DNA from: Bacteroidales bacterium
GTDB taxonomy: Bacteria; Bacteroidota; Bacteroidia; Bacteroidales; UBA1715
Direction: 5' to 3'
DNA length: 64,000 nt
Assembly: GCA_017516865.1 (NCBI GenBank)
Contig: JAFXAU010000017.1
Span: 748-64,747, forward strand
Shown: positions 7,766-17,309 of the stretch, piece by piece
Position numbering within the stretch: the first letter of the stretch is position 1
Layout: each line of letters begins with the position of its first letter
Position numbers and translations under genes: made by a program
Notes under the pieces: model-generated
The model's database searches: none
What the model saw: the letters and a program-made list of their open reading frames with translations, nothing else
What the model was told of the DNA's origin: nothing

Positions 7766-9130
7766 TTATTCTGTCGCTGATTGTTTTTTGAAAATCTCGC
7801 GGAATGTCTGGTCAACTCTGGTGCATGGGATTACGTTGCATTGCGATTTGCTCTGTATGTCGCATGGAGGGACGAACATTTTTTGTATGCCGAGTTTTGT
7901 AGATTCTTTGATTCTTTTTTCGACTTGCGAAACGGAGCGGATTTCACCTGTCAGTCCGACTTCGCCGGCAAAGCAATAAGAACTTGGAATGTAAAAATCA
8001 AATAGAGAAGAAAGAATTGCTGCTACAACAGCAAGGTCTATTGCGGGGTCTTGAACTCTTATTCCGCCTGCGATGTTGAGGAATACGTCTTTGGTATAGA
8101 TTTTTACGCCTAATCGTTTTTCAATGATTGCAAGCAGCATGTTAAGTCGTTTTCCGTCGAAGCCGTTAACGGTTCTTTGCGGTGTTCCGTAGGCTGCTGT
8201 GCTTACAAGAGCCTGAACTTCAATCATCAGTGGACGAATGCCTTCCATAACGGACGCAATTGCCACACCGCTCAGTTTTTCGGGATTCCCGCTCAACATA
8301 ATTTCCGATGGGTTTGAAACCTCTCGCAGACCATTTTGCACCATTTCGAAAATGCCGATTTCCGCCGTTGAGCCGAATCGGTTTTTGTTGCTTCTGAGTA
8401 TGCGGTAGACGTTTTGCATGTCGCCTTCGAATTGCAGTACCACGTCGACCATGTGTTCCAAAATTTTTGGTCCAGCTATGCTTCCTTCTTTGTTGATATG
8501 TCCAATGAGAAGCATTGGAATGTGCGTCTGTTTTGCAAGTTCGATAAGTAGGTTTGTTGTTTCACGAATTTGCGATACGCTACCCGGCGACGCGTCAATG
8601 TCGGGGTGTTTCAGTGTTTGGACAGAATCTATTATAACTAATTCGGGCTGAAATGTTTTTATTTCTTGTATGATTGCCGCAACGTTTGTCTCGCTGTAGA
8701 TGTAACACGTATTTGACGGTACATTGAGTCGTTGGGCTCTAAGATAAATTTGTTGTGGACTTTCCTCGCCCGACACGTATAATACTTTTTTGTCGAGAGA
8801 AACCGCAACTTGCAGTAGCAAAGTCGATTTTCCAATACCAGGTTCTCCTCCTAATAAAATGACAGAGCCAGGAACTATTCCGCCGCCCACGACTTGATCT
8901 AATTCGTGTATGCCTGTTGCAATGCGGTTAAGTTTTTCTGTTTTGATTTCCGATAAAATTGTCGGTTTATGGCCCGACGTAGTTATAGGAGTGCTTGCTG
9001 TTGAAACAGAAGATTGTATGACTTCTTCCTGAAAAGAGTTCCATGCACCGCACGAAGTACATTTGCCCATCCATTTAGGTGATTGGGCTCCGCAACTCTG
9101 ACAGACAAATACCGTTTTTGATTTCGCCAC
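7766..9130 (-). CDS. radA: DNA repair protein RadA/Sms (GTG start)
   Basis: N-terminal zinc ribbon CQSCG...CTSCG, Walker A GEPGIGKST, KNRFG motif, Lon-like C-terminus. The start codon is GTG, 5 nt after the upstream stop. Confidence 0.95.
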   Translation of the reverse strand: MAKSKTVFVCQSCGAQSPKWMGKCTSCGAWNSFQEEVIQSSVSTASTPITTSGHKPTILSEIKTEKLNRIATGIHELDQVVGGGIVPGSVILLGGEPGIGKSTLLLQVAVSLDKKVLYVSGEESPQQIYLRAQRLNVPSNTCYIYSETNVAAIIQEIKTFQPELVIIDSVQTLKHPDIDASPGSVSQIRETTNLLIELAKQTHIPMLLIGHINKEGSIAGPKILEHMVDVVLQFEGDMQNVYRILRSNKNRFGSTAEIGIFEMVQNGLREVSNPSEIMLSGNPEKLSGVAIASVMEGIRPLMIEVQALVSTAAYGTPQRTVNGFDGKRLNMLLAIIEKRLGVKIYTKDVFLNIAGGIRVQDPAIDLAVVAAILSSLFDFYIPSSYCFAGEVGLTGEIRSVSQVEKRIKESTKLGIQKMFVPPCDIQSKSQCNVIPCTRVDQTFREIFKKQSATE

Positions 9131-9135
9131 AGCGG

Positions 9136-9531
9136 TTATTTCGTGAATTCTCTACGAAGAAACGCCCCTTTCGTATCGCCGTTTAGCCATTCTACACGGT
9201 TTAATATGAGGTGTTTATTGTTGCACTTTTCTACTCGCCAGTTCCCGTTGAGCGACAAATCACCCATTCCTTTTATACGAATGTAGGGTGTCACGAGCGA
9301 ACGGGTAAAAACTTCGTAGTTTCCTCTTTGGGTATTTCCAACGCCGACGATAGGATCGGAGAACACTTCCAAATCGCCACCTGAATAGAATGTCCATGTT
9401 AAATCTTCTGGCCAGCCGTTATCTCCAATTTGCTGGATTGTCCATGCACCGACCAATTTTGATTCCGTGCGTTTTGCACAGCTTGCACACGTCAGTATGA
9501 CCAAAAGTGCTAATAAAACATGTTTCTTCAT
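9136..9531 (-). CDS. hypothetical lipoprotein
   Basis: ORF 9136..9675 trimmed to the ATG at 9531. Begins MKKHVLLALLVILTCASC (lipobox). No family recognised. Confidence 0.6.
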   Translation of the reverse strand: MKKHVLLALLVILTCASCAKRTESKLVGAWTIQQIGDNGWPEDLTWTFYSGGDLEVFSDPIVGVGNTQRGNYEVFTRSLVTPYIRIKGMGDLSLNGNWRVEKCNNKHLILNRVEWLNGDTKGAFLRREFTK

Positions 9532-9565
9532 ACTTGTAATCTTTTGCATAGGGCAAATATAAATT

Positions 9566-10336
9566 TTATTTGTGAGAAACGGTATATTCGTATGTAATTT
9601 TTGCATATCGTATGCCAGAACCCTCGGCTTGTGGCGGAAATTTTGTTTTTCGTGCAGCAGCTTTTGCCGCGTCAATGCAACTTTGTTCCGATAGTGCCGT
9701 TTCTGTTGATTGAATCTCTATTACGTTACCGTTTGCATCAACCTTTACATTTAAAACAATTGGGTTGTTGCAGTTTGTTGTATTGCTCGGCTTAACCAAC
9801 TGTACTGCGTCGCCGTTACCGTAAGGACTTCCGTAAGTACCTTTTTTATTTGGAGATTTTCCTCCATTCGGACTTCCTGCATTTCCGTTAGTTTTTCCTT
9901 CGTTGGAATTTCCTGCCGTGCCTTCGCCTGTGCTGCCACCGCCCCCCAATTTTCCAGTAAGAGCATCCATTTTTGCTTTAAATTCAGCTTCTTGTCGGAT
10001 TCGTTCCTGTTCTTCGGGAGAAAGTTCTGGTGTTTTTGTTTCCTCAACTTTGTTTTTGTTCGTCTTTACAGGAATCGAAGGCACTTCGGTTTGTGTCACC
10101 GTGGGAGCATCGTTTACTTCTGGCTGTGCGGTAACAGGTTCTGTTACAGAAGACGGAGATTCCGCACCTGTGTTGTCGCCAACAACCAAATCTCCAAAAT
10201 CGACAAGAATACCATCAGGTTCGGGAAATTCAACTTTTGGTGGAGCGAAACCAAACAACAACAATATTAGCAGAACAATGCCGTGAACGACGATTGTTCC
10301 GATAATACCATACGTGTTGTTTTTTTCTAACTTCAT
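9566..10336 (-). CDS. TonB-family protein (second copy, in the exbBD cluster)
   Basis: ORF 9566..10384 trimmed to MKLEKNN at 10336, directly after the exbD stop. Has a TM helix, a Pro/Glu/Gly-rich linker and a TonB_C-like end. Confidence 0.7.
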   Translation of the reverse strand: MKLEKNNTYGIIGTIVVHGIVLLILLLFGFAPPKVEFPEPDGILVDFGDLVVGDNTGAESPSSVTEPVTAQPEVNDAPTVTQTEVPSIPVKTNKNKVEETKTPELSPEEQERIRQEAEFKAKMDALTGKLGGGGSTGEGTAGNSNEGKTNGNAGSPNGGKSPNKKGTYGSPYGNGDAVQLVKPSNTTNCNNPIVLNVKVDANGNVIEIQSTETALSEQSCIDAAKAAARKTKFPPQAEGSGIRYAKITYEYTVSHK

Positions 10337-10337
10337 T

Positions 10338-10727
10338 TTACGGTTGAGTTGCCAATGTAAATTTCCAGCGATTTCTATTCGCAATTTCCATTATTTTCAC
10401 CGTTTCGCCGGTCGGTACGTCTTTGTCAACACGAAGAACGATTGCCGGCTCCTCCTGACCTGCAAGTTCTTGACGTAATCGTGGCTCAACTTGTTCAAAT
10501 GGTAAAACGTCGGTATTTACCGCATATTGCCCTGCCGCATTGATGGAAACTGAAACGTGTGGTATCAATTTCACTTGCGACGAACTTTGTGGCAATGTGA
10601 CCTGCAAGCCGTTTGGCGCGATTTGCGTTGACGTCACCATGAAAAATATCAGCAATAGAAACACAATGTCCGTCATCGACGACATATTGAAACTTGTTCC
10701 TATCTTATTTCTTGCAACTATTGCCAT
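10338..10727 (-). CDS. exbD: biopolymer transporter ExbD/TolR
   Basis: 129 aa. Contains SSMTDIVFLLLIFFMV, the single TM helix typical of ExbD. Confidence 0.88.
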   Translation of the reverse strand: MAIVARNKIGTSFNMSSMTDIVFLLLIFFMVTSTQIAPNGLQVTLPQSSSQVKLIPHVSVSINAAGQYAVNTDVLPFEQVEPRLRQELAGQEEPAIVLRVDKDVPTGETVKIMEIANRNRWKFTLATQP

Positions 10728-11437
10728 TATGCCACAGGTTCGTTAAGCAAATCCATAAATTCCGTTGTGCGGAGCTCAAGTTTATTGACAACCTTACCAA
10801 TTTCCGCCACTAATATATTGTAGCCCAGCATGGCAATCACACCCACGATAAGACCGGCAACTGTTGTTACCATTGCAGTGTAGATACCGTTCGACAACAT
10901 TGCGATGCTGAAGTTTCCACCTGCGTTCGCCATATCGTAGAAGGCGGTAATCATACCCAACACAGTTCCCAAGAAACCAATCATAGGACCAACGCTCGAA
11001 ATTGTAGCCAACATAGGCAATCCTTTTTCAAGATTGGCAACTTCGAGTTTACCAACATTCTCTATCGCTTCGCGTACGTCGGCAAGCGGTTTCCCGATAC
11101 GGGAGATTCCTTTGTCAATCATGCGAGCGACAGGCGAATCGGTGCCTTGGCAACGAATATGGGCTTCCTCGATTTTGCCTTGTGCCACGAAGTTCTTCAC
11201 TTCGTTCATAAAGTTCACATCTTCTTTTGCAGCCTTGGTAATTGCAAAGGCACGTTCAACGATAATATATACCGCCACGATAGAAAACAAAGCGAGGAAA
11301 ATCATTATCCAGCCACCTTTTACTGCCATGTTCCAAAACGTCAGTTCATCAGCAGCTGGGGCTGCTTGTGCGGCAACATTAGCGGTCTGTGTGACCGCTA
11401 TGTCCGCCAAAAATTGTACTATTGATGCTAACACCAT
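10727..11437 (-). CDS. exbB: MotA/TolQ/ExbB proton channel protein
   Basis: 236 aa with three TM helices. Contains the conserved GPMIGFLGTVLGMI segment. Confidence 0.88.
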   Translation of the reverse strand: MVLASIVQFLADIAVTQTANVAAQAAPAADELTFWNMAVKGGWIMIFLALFSIVAVYIIVERAFAITKAAKEDVNFMNEVKNFVAQGKIEEAHIRCQGTDSPVARMIDKGISRIGKPLADVREAIENVGKLEVANLEKGLPMLATISSVGPMIGFLGTVLGMITAFYDMANAGGNFSIAMLSNGIYTAMVTTVAGLIVGVIAMLGYNILVAEIGKVVNKLELRTTEFMDLLNEPVA

Positions 11438-11440
11438 AAA

Positions 11441-12727
11441 TTATAAACCTAAATAAATACAAAATGCACCAGCTAAGTAACCTACAAGAGCCAACCAGCT
11501 AATGTGTTTCAAATACCAAATGAAGTCGATTTTTTCCAATCCCATTGCAGCAACACCGGCAGCAGAACCGATAATCAAAATAGAGCCACCAGTTCCCGCA
11601 CAGTACGCAAGCATGTGCCAGAATGTTCCGTCAACTGCGAAATCTGCAACAGATGGGTCAATTAAATACATTTTCATTGAAGCGGCTACAAGTGGCACAT
11701 TGTCGATAATTGATGACAAAACACCAATAACAGTGTCAATTACGTAAATATTTCCACCTGTTACCTCGCGCAACCATACCGAAAGTTTACCCAACTGACC
11801 TGCGGCACCAAGAGCACCAACAGCAGTCAAAATACCAAGGAAGAAGAAAATCGTTGGCGTTTCAACGTGTTTTAGAATGTGAACAACTGTCAAACGTTTT
11901 TTAATTTCCCATGATTTTTTCTTGTGCATCAACTCTGTTACCATCCACATAACGCCCAAGCCAAGCAACATTCCCATGTATGGAGGCAAGTGAGTGATTG
12001 TTTTGAAAACAGGAACGAACAACAACAAACCTACGCCCAAAATCAACAATGCCATTTGTTCACCCGGAGTGGTGATTGATTCTGCTTCTTCGCTTTCTTC
12101 GGGACGTTCAATTTCACCTTTCAAAGTGAATGACAAAATAATCAACGGAACAATCATCGAAACCAAACTTGGAAGTAGGATACCCGTAATGATTTTTGCT
12201 GCAGTAATTTGTCCGCCAATCCACAACATAATTGTCGTAACATCGCCGATTGGTGACCATGCGCCGCCGGCATTTGCGGCAATAACCACGATACTTGCGT
12301 AGGTCCAACGGGTATGTTGGTCATTTATAAGTTTTCGTAAAAGCGAAAGAATTACAATTGTTGTTGTAAGGTTGTCAAGCACAGCCGACATAAAGAATGT
12401 CAGGAAGCTAAGAATCCACAACAATTTAACTTTGCTTGTGGCGGTAATTCTGTCGGTAATGATTTTGAAACCATTATGACGGTCAACAATTTCCACAATC
12501 GTCATTGCGGCAAACAGGAAGAACAGCGTCTGCGCCGTTTCAGCCAAATTTTCGTTTAACGCTTCTCCGACTGAATGCGGGTCGTTGCCTCCAAATAAAA
12601 TGAAAACTGCCCAAGTTAATACACCAATCAACAAAGCCGAAGCAGCCTTGTCAATTTTTAATGGATGTTCCAATGCTATGCAAAGATAGCCAAGAACAAA
12701 AATCACAACCATTGCTACTGAGTACAT
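11441..12727 (-). CDS. nhaD: NhaD/ArsB-family Na+/H+ antiporter
   Basis: 428 aa polytopic membrane protein. Carries NhaD-like motifs (LDNLTTT, IDNVPLVAA). Confidence 0.75.
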   Translation of the reverse strand: MYSVAMVVIFVLGYLCIALEHPLKIDKAASALLIGVLTWAVFILFGGNDPHSVGEALNENLAETAQTLFFLFAAMTIVEIVDRHNGFKIITDRITATSKVKLLWILSFLTFFMSAVLDNLTTTIVILSLLRKLINDQHTRWTYASIVVIAANAGGAWSPIGDVTTIMLWIGGQITAAKIITGILLPSLVSMIVPLIILSFTLKGEIERPEESEEAESITTPGEQMALLILGVGLLLFVPVFKTITHLPPYMGMLLGLGVMWMVTELMHKKKSWEIKKRLTVVHILKHVETPTIFFFLGILTAVGALGAAGQLGKLSVWLREVTGGNIYVIDTVIGVLSSIIDNVPLVAASMKMYLIDPSVADFAVDGTFWHMLAYCAGTGGSILIIGSAAGVAAMGLEKIDFIWYLKHISWLALVGYLAGAFCIYLGL

Positions 12728-12828
12728 ATCTATTATTTTTTATTTTACGTGGGCAAAAATACGTATTTTACGTAAAATAATGTAAGAAGACGGAGATTTT
12801 TGTTTCCGAATATTTGATTTTCTAAAAC

Positions 12829-13998
12829 TTATCTTTTAAATGCTCTGCAATGCAGAAATGGAGCGGCTCGAAGAATAAAAACGACCATGATAGGAACTGC
12901 CGCAGGATGTATGTATTGTCCGACACTAAGAGAAACAATGACGGAAATAATTGTCATTACCGCAGAGAACAGTGTGTAAAAATCCGTTTTTGTCCGTATA
13001 AAGGGAATAGGTGACAATATGACGAATAACAAATGCAACGGTGTGAGCCAAAGTAAATTACAGTTTGGAAAGACGAAGGAATGTATGCTCACGAACGATA
13101 AAAACCACAGGAGACAGCCTAAAATGCCCGTGGCGGTGAAAAAGAGGATGTCGCACCAGAAAAATCGTTTCTTTTTGAAGAATTCCACAGTAGAAATGCC
13201 AAGGAACAAAATTGCAATGCTCCATAGAACAAACTGTGCATTTTCAAAAAACGTCGGTGAAGTTATCTCGCGTCCTTCCAAAATAACCTTCTTATTGTTG
13301 GCGAGTTTCCGCGTTCCATTGTCGATTGTCGCAGTTGAGAAGCTTTCCGACAAAGCGTCGGGGAGAAACATCAATTGATTGGTCGTGGCAGGTTTGTCGA
13401 GTGGTACGCCAAGAGCCATATTCGCTCCGAAACTTGTCCACGATTGTGTGCCCATATATCGTTTGACGAGAGGATTACGCCATGTCTCGGGTTCGTAAGG
13501 GGAATTCCATTGTATGTCGGGAAATTCCCGTTCAAGAATGTCGCGAATCCGTGTGGCACAGTTGTCTGTAAAGAAATTGTACAGATATTCCTGATTTTCG
13601 GGCTGAATGTTCCAAATGAGAAATTTGCCGATAGTTTTAACCTCTTCGGGAGTTAGATTCAATTCTTGTTCGATAATACCACGACCTTCGTAGCGATATG
13701 CCCACAATGTCTGGTAGAACGAGCGAATGTCGAGCATGTAGTAGGTTTTTCCTGTTAAGAAATTCCAGACAAAACGAGGAATGTCATTGATGTAAAATGC
13801 TCCGTAGTCAAATACAATATCTATCTGTTCTACCGTATCTTGCAACCTCAGTGCCGAATGACCGAACTGAGAATATATAGCTTCGCCCGGAGTACACGTC
13901 AGCAACGATATTTTTGCCGATTCCGAGGGCATGTAGTCTTGTGCGTGAATCCCAATGGAACCACACAATAATAATAGTATTTGAATAATTCGTTTCAT
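12829..13998 (-). CDS. DUF4105 (Lnb N-terminal periplasmic domain) membrane protein
   Basis: Signal peptide, then ISLLTCTPGEAIYSQFGHSALRL (the DUF4105 hallmark), then C-terminal TM helices. Confidence 0.75.
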   Translation of the reverse strand: MKRIIQILLLLCGSIGIHAQDYMPSESAKISLLTCTPGEAIYSQFGHSALRLQDTVEQIDIVFDYGAFYINDIPRFVWNFLTGKTYYMLDIRSFYQTLWAYRYEGRGIIEQELNLTPEEVKTIGKFLIWNIQPENQEYLYNFFTDNCATRIRDILEREFPDIQWNSPYEPETWRNPLVKRYMGTQSWTSFGANMALGVPLDKPATTNQLMFLPDALSESFSTATIDNGTRKLANNKKVILEGREITSPTFFENAQFVLWSIAILFLGISTVEFFKKKRFFWCDILFFTATGILGCLLWFLSFVSIHSFVFPNCNLLWLTPLHLLFVILSPIPFIRTKTDFYTLFSAVMTIISVIVSLSVGQYIHPAAVPIMVVFILRAAPFLHCRAFKR

Positions 13999-14028
13999 TT
14001 TCTATGCAAATGTAGGAGAAAAGTTAAG

Positions 14029-14091
14029 AATTATGGATTATTAGTTATGAATTATGCATTATGCATTGTGCATTGTGCATTGTGAATTATT
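14029..14091 (-). repeat. heptanucleotide tandem array (NATTRTG x9; reverse complement of the AATGCAC-type unit)
   Basis: Reads AATTATG GATTATT AGTTATG AATTATG CATTATG CATTGTG CATTGTG CATTGTG AATTATT. Confidence 0.85.
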
Positions 14092-14191
14092 TTACGTTGT
14101 TGATAACTTTTTAATATGTATAAATCAGCACGTTAGAGCGTTATTTTGACAAGCAGGAGATGGAGTATGATAGAGGCACAAAGTTTTTTTG

Positions 14192-14199
14192 TAATTTTG
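14192..14199 (+). promoter_or_regulatory. Bacteroidetes -7 promoter box (TAATTTTG) for parA
   Basis: Exact TAnnTTTG match 30 nt upstream of the ATG at 14229. Confidence 0.55.
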
Positions 14200-14228
14200 A
14201 GGCTCTAATGCATAAAATTGTATAGGAA

Positions 14229-15017
14229 ATGGGAAAAGTAATTGCTGTTGCAAATCAGAAAGGCGGAGTAGGGAAGACGACTACGGCCATCAACTTGGGT
14301 GCGAGTCTTGCTGCGCTTGAATATTCAGTTTTAATTGTCGACTTCGACCCACAGGGAAATGCGTCGACTGGACTGGGTATAGATATTAAGAATCCCGACA
14401 TGCTTGGCATATATGAATGTCTTGCCGAAAAATGTTCGCCGAAGGAGGCAATCCGTCATTATGAGGATATAGACAATCTCGATATTTTGCCGGCAAATAT
14501 AGATTTGGTCGGTCTTGAATTGGAACTTGCAAACGACGAAAATAGAAATAGTTATTTGAAAACGATACTTGACAAAGTTCGTAATGACTATGACTTTATA
14601 ATTATTGACTGTACGCCGTCGCTTGGAATTTTGACCGTCAATGCTCTTGTGGCTGCCGATTCGGTGTTGCTGACAATTCAATGTGAGTATTTCGCCTTGG
14701 AAGGTCTTTCGCAGTTGTTGAATACAATCAAATTGGTTCAAGATAACTTTAATCCGTCGCTTTCGATAGAAGGATTTTTGATTACTATGTACGATGTCCG
14801 TCTTCGTCTGTCGAACCAAGTAGTTGAGGAAGTTCACAAACATTTCGAAACGATGATTTTTGAAACTATCATTCAAAGAAATGTGAAACTTGCCGAAGCT
14901 CCAAGCTATGGCAAACCTGTTATAACATACGATGCGACTTCGGTCGGAGCCAAGAATTATTTGAATTTGGCACAGGAACTTTTGCGGAGAAACAATTTAC
15001 CAGAAACTAAGAAATAA
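14229..15017 (+). CDS. parA: ParA/Soj chromosome partitioning ATPase
   Basis: Deviant Walker A NQKGGVGKTT. 262 aa. Overlaps parB by 1 nt. Confidence 0.93.
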   Translation: MGKVIAVANQKGGVGKTTTAINLGASLAALEYSVLIVDFDPQGNASTGLGIDIKNPDMLGIYECLAEKCSPKEAIRHYEDIDNLDILPANIDLVGLELELANDENRNSYLKTILDKVRNDYDFIIIDCTPSLGILTVNALVAADSVLLTIQCEYFALEGLSQLLNTIKLVQDNFNPSLSIEGFLITMYDVRLRLSNQVVEEVHKHFETMIFETIIQRNVKLAEAPSYGKPVITYDATSVGAKNYLNLAQELLRRNNLPETKK

Positions 15018-15886
15018 TGGCAAAGAAACAATCAGGATTAGGAAAAGGATTGGATTCGCTTCTGACAGGACCGAAACCAACAAGCAATGTGGTGTTGTCG
15101 CATGCAGGCGTGTCGGAAATTGCAATAGAAAAAATTACTCCCAATCCCGACCAGCCACGAAAAACTTTTAACGATGCCGTGCTTCAAGACCTTGCAGATT
15201 CAATCAAGGAACATGGTGTTATTACACCTATCACGGTTAAGAAAAGTGGCGTCGATTCGTATCAGATAATTGCAGGAGAACGTCGTTGGCGTGCATCAAA
15301 ACTTCTCGGACTTGCAAAGATACCGGCGTTTGTGAGAGAAGCCGAAGATGATAATAAACTGCTTGTCTTAGGATTGGTGGAAAATTTGCAACGCGAAAAT
15401 CTTGACCCGATAGAGGTTGCACAGGCATATCAACGACTTATTGAGGAAGGCGGACTGACGCAGGAACAGCTTGGAAAACAGGTTGGAAAAAATCATGCCA
15501 CCATTGCAAATTCGCTTCGATTGTTGAAACTGTCTCCCGAAATTCAGGTTGGATTGATGAACGGTGACATTTCGGAAGGTCACGCAAAGTCAATACTTTC
15601 GTTGGATGACGAAAACAAACAGAAAGAAATTTATACGGAAATCATTGCAAAAGGACTTTCTGTCCGTGCAACCGAAGATTTAGTGCGTCGTTTGAAAGAT
15701 GGAAAGAAACCGTCGAAAAAAATTGCTAAGTCGAAGGAACAAAAAGAAATACAAGAAAGAATATCGACGAAACTTAATACGAAAATTGCGTTGAGTGTGA
15801 CGGAAAGAGGGAGCGGAAAAATTTCGATTCCGTTCAAGAATGCACGCGAACTCGAGGCAATTGTTGCGTTGTTTGATAAAATCTAA
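15017..15886 (+). CDS. parB: ParB/Spo0J partition protein
   Basis: ParB box IIAGERRWRA and HTH GLTQEQLGKQVGKNHATIANSLRLL. Confidence 0.93.
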   Translation: MAKKQSGLGKGLDSLLTGPKPTSNVVLSHAGVSEIAIEKITPNPDQPRKTFNDAVLQDLADSIKEHGVITPITVKKSGVDSYQIIAGERRWRASKLLGLAKIPAFVREAEDDNKLLVLGLVENLQRENLDPIEVAQAYQRLIEEGGLTQEQLGKQVGKNHATIANSLRLLKLSPEIQVGLMNGDISEGHAKSILSLDDENKQKEIYTEIIAKGLSVRATEDLVRRLKDGKKPSKKIAKSKEQKEIQERISTKLNTKIALSVTERGSGKISIPFKNARELEAIVALFDKI

Positions 15887-15890
15887 GACT

Positions 15891-16502
15891 ATGCGGAAGG
15901 CGTTTCTTTTGGGAATTGTCTGTTTTTTAACGGTGTCTGTCGTCGCTCAAAACGACAGCATTGTTGAACTGCAAGGTGTTTCGAAGGAAACGAAAGAGGA
16001 GGTAGAGAAAAAGCATTCTCCTAAAACTGCGTCGATTTTGTCGGCTGTGTTGCCAGGAACGGGACAGATATATAACGGTTCGTGGTGGAAAACACCTATC
16101 GTATATGCTGGTTTTGCAGGATTGGGATATGGATTGTATTTCTATCAGGATTATTATTCGTCGTTTAAAAAGGCATACAATAATTACAGAAACCCATATT
16201 TGGAGAATGGCTTGAATCCTCCCTCCGACACAGTTTTGACAGTACGCGGTGAATCGGGATATTCTCCGTTAGGCGTGCAACAAGGTAGAGATTATTACAG
16301 AAAATACCGTGATTTGTGCATTATTGGCGTTTGCGCGTGGTACATAATAAACATTCTTGACGCATACGTCGAAGCGCATTTGTTTGAGTTTGATGTTTCC
16401 GATGATTTGACCGTTCAATGGCAACCAACATTTAATTATGTGCCTGTCGGTTATGCTCCGTCGCCTTTGCCGTCGGGAGTACGACTGTCGTTGCAGTTTT
16501 AG
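15891..16502 (+). CDS. DUF5683 domain-containing protein
   Basis: ORF 15840 trimmed to the ATG at 15891 (MRKAFLLGIV..., a signal peptide). Contains LSAVLPGTGQIYNGSWWK. Its position after parB is typical of Bacteroidetes. Confidence 0.7.
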   Translation: MRKAFLLGIVCFLTVSVVAQNDSIVELQGVSKETKEEVEKKHSPKTASILSAVLPGTGQIYNGSWWKTPIVYAGFAGLGYGLYFYQDYYSSFKKAYNNYRNPYLENGLNPPSDTVLTVRGESGYSPLGVQQGRDYYRKYRDLCIIGVCAWYIINILDAYVEAHLFEFDVSDDLTVQWQPTFNYVPVGYAPSPLPSGVRLSLQF

Positions 16503-17290
16503 CGGACAATCTTGTCGTTCCCTTTGTAGGAAAGAACCTCCATGCCGTTTTCGGAAAGTACTGCGTAGGTCGAACCCCAAATCCAGTTACCAAGATTGAC
16601 ATAATATGAATTTGGAGCAACTTCTTTATTTGCAGCAACATGCCGGTGACCAAAGACAAAATAATCGTAGAAATTATTTTTAAGAACATCTTTGATGTGT
16701 AGAATCAGATATTCTTTGTCGTCGCCTAAATAGTAATGGTCAGGACATTCGGAGTCGCAAGGATTTTTGTGCTTTTTACGATTGTGTCGCGACCAAGCTC
16801 GCCCAAATCCGTATGCCCAATTGACAGGAATAAAGGCAAAAAGAAAGCGTAGAATTTTGCTTGTGAATATTCCATTCAAAAAATTCATGCCTTTGTCGTA
16901 TTTTCCGAGAGCGTGTCCGTGATGAATGTAGAGTTTTTTTCCGAAATATTCTCGTTCAATTGGTTCGTCAAAAATCGAGACGCCGATTTCTTTTTCGAGG
17001 TATTTGCCGTACCACATGTCGTGGTTGCCGCAGAATATGTTTACGGGAATGCCAGATTCCACAAATTCCGTCAACTTTGCCAGAAAACGGATGTTTCCTT
17101 GGGGTGCTACATATTTATATTCAAACCAGAAATCAAATATATCGCCCAAAAGGTACAGTTCTTTGCACGATGGTTTGATATCGTCTAACCATTTGATAAC
17201 CAATTTTTCTCGCTCTTTCGACTGCACTTCGTCGGGGTAGCCGAAATGAAAATCCGATGCGAAATAGATATTTTTTGTCATTTGTTCCAT
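16499..17290 (-). CDS. lpxH: UDP-2,3-diacylglucosamine diphosphatase
   Basis: Metallophosphoesterase motifs SDFHFG, GDIFDFW, GNHD and GHRH. Start at 17290 or 17281; the longer ORF would overlap the upstream gene. Confidence 0.85.
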   Translation of the reverse strand: MEQMTKNIYFASDFHFGYPDEVQSKEREKLVIKWLDDIKPSCKELYLLGDIFDFWFEYKYVAPQGNIRFLAKLTEFVESGIPVNIFCGNHDMWYGKYLEKEIGVSIFDEPIEREYFGKKLYIHHGHALGKYDKGMNFLNGIFTSKILRFLFAFIPVNWAYGFGRAWSRHNRKKHKNPCDSECPDHYYLGDDKEYLILHIKDVLKNNFYDYFVFGHRHVAANKEVAPNSYYVNLGNWIWGSTYAVLSENGMEVLSYKGNDKIVR

Positions 17291-17309
17291 CGGGTCAAAG
17301 GTAATAAAA

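Noticed and set aside
14000-15900. I looked for a parS site (TGTTNCACGTGAAACA-like) and for DnaA boxes near parAB as a sign of the replication origin.
   Set aside because: I found no full 16-bp parS-like palindrome and no clustered TTATCCACA boxes by eye, only isolated half-sites such as GTGAAAC at about 14883. I cannot claim an origin or a parS site from this window.
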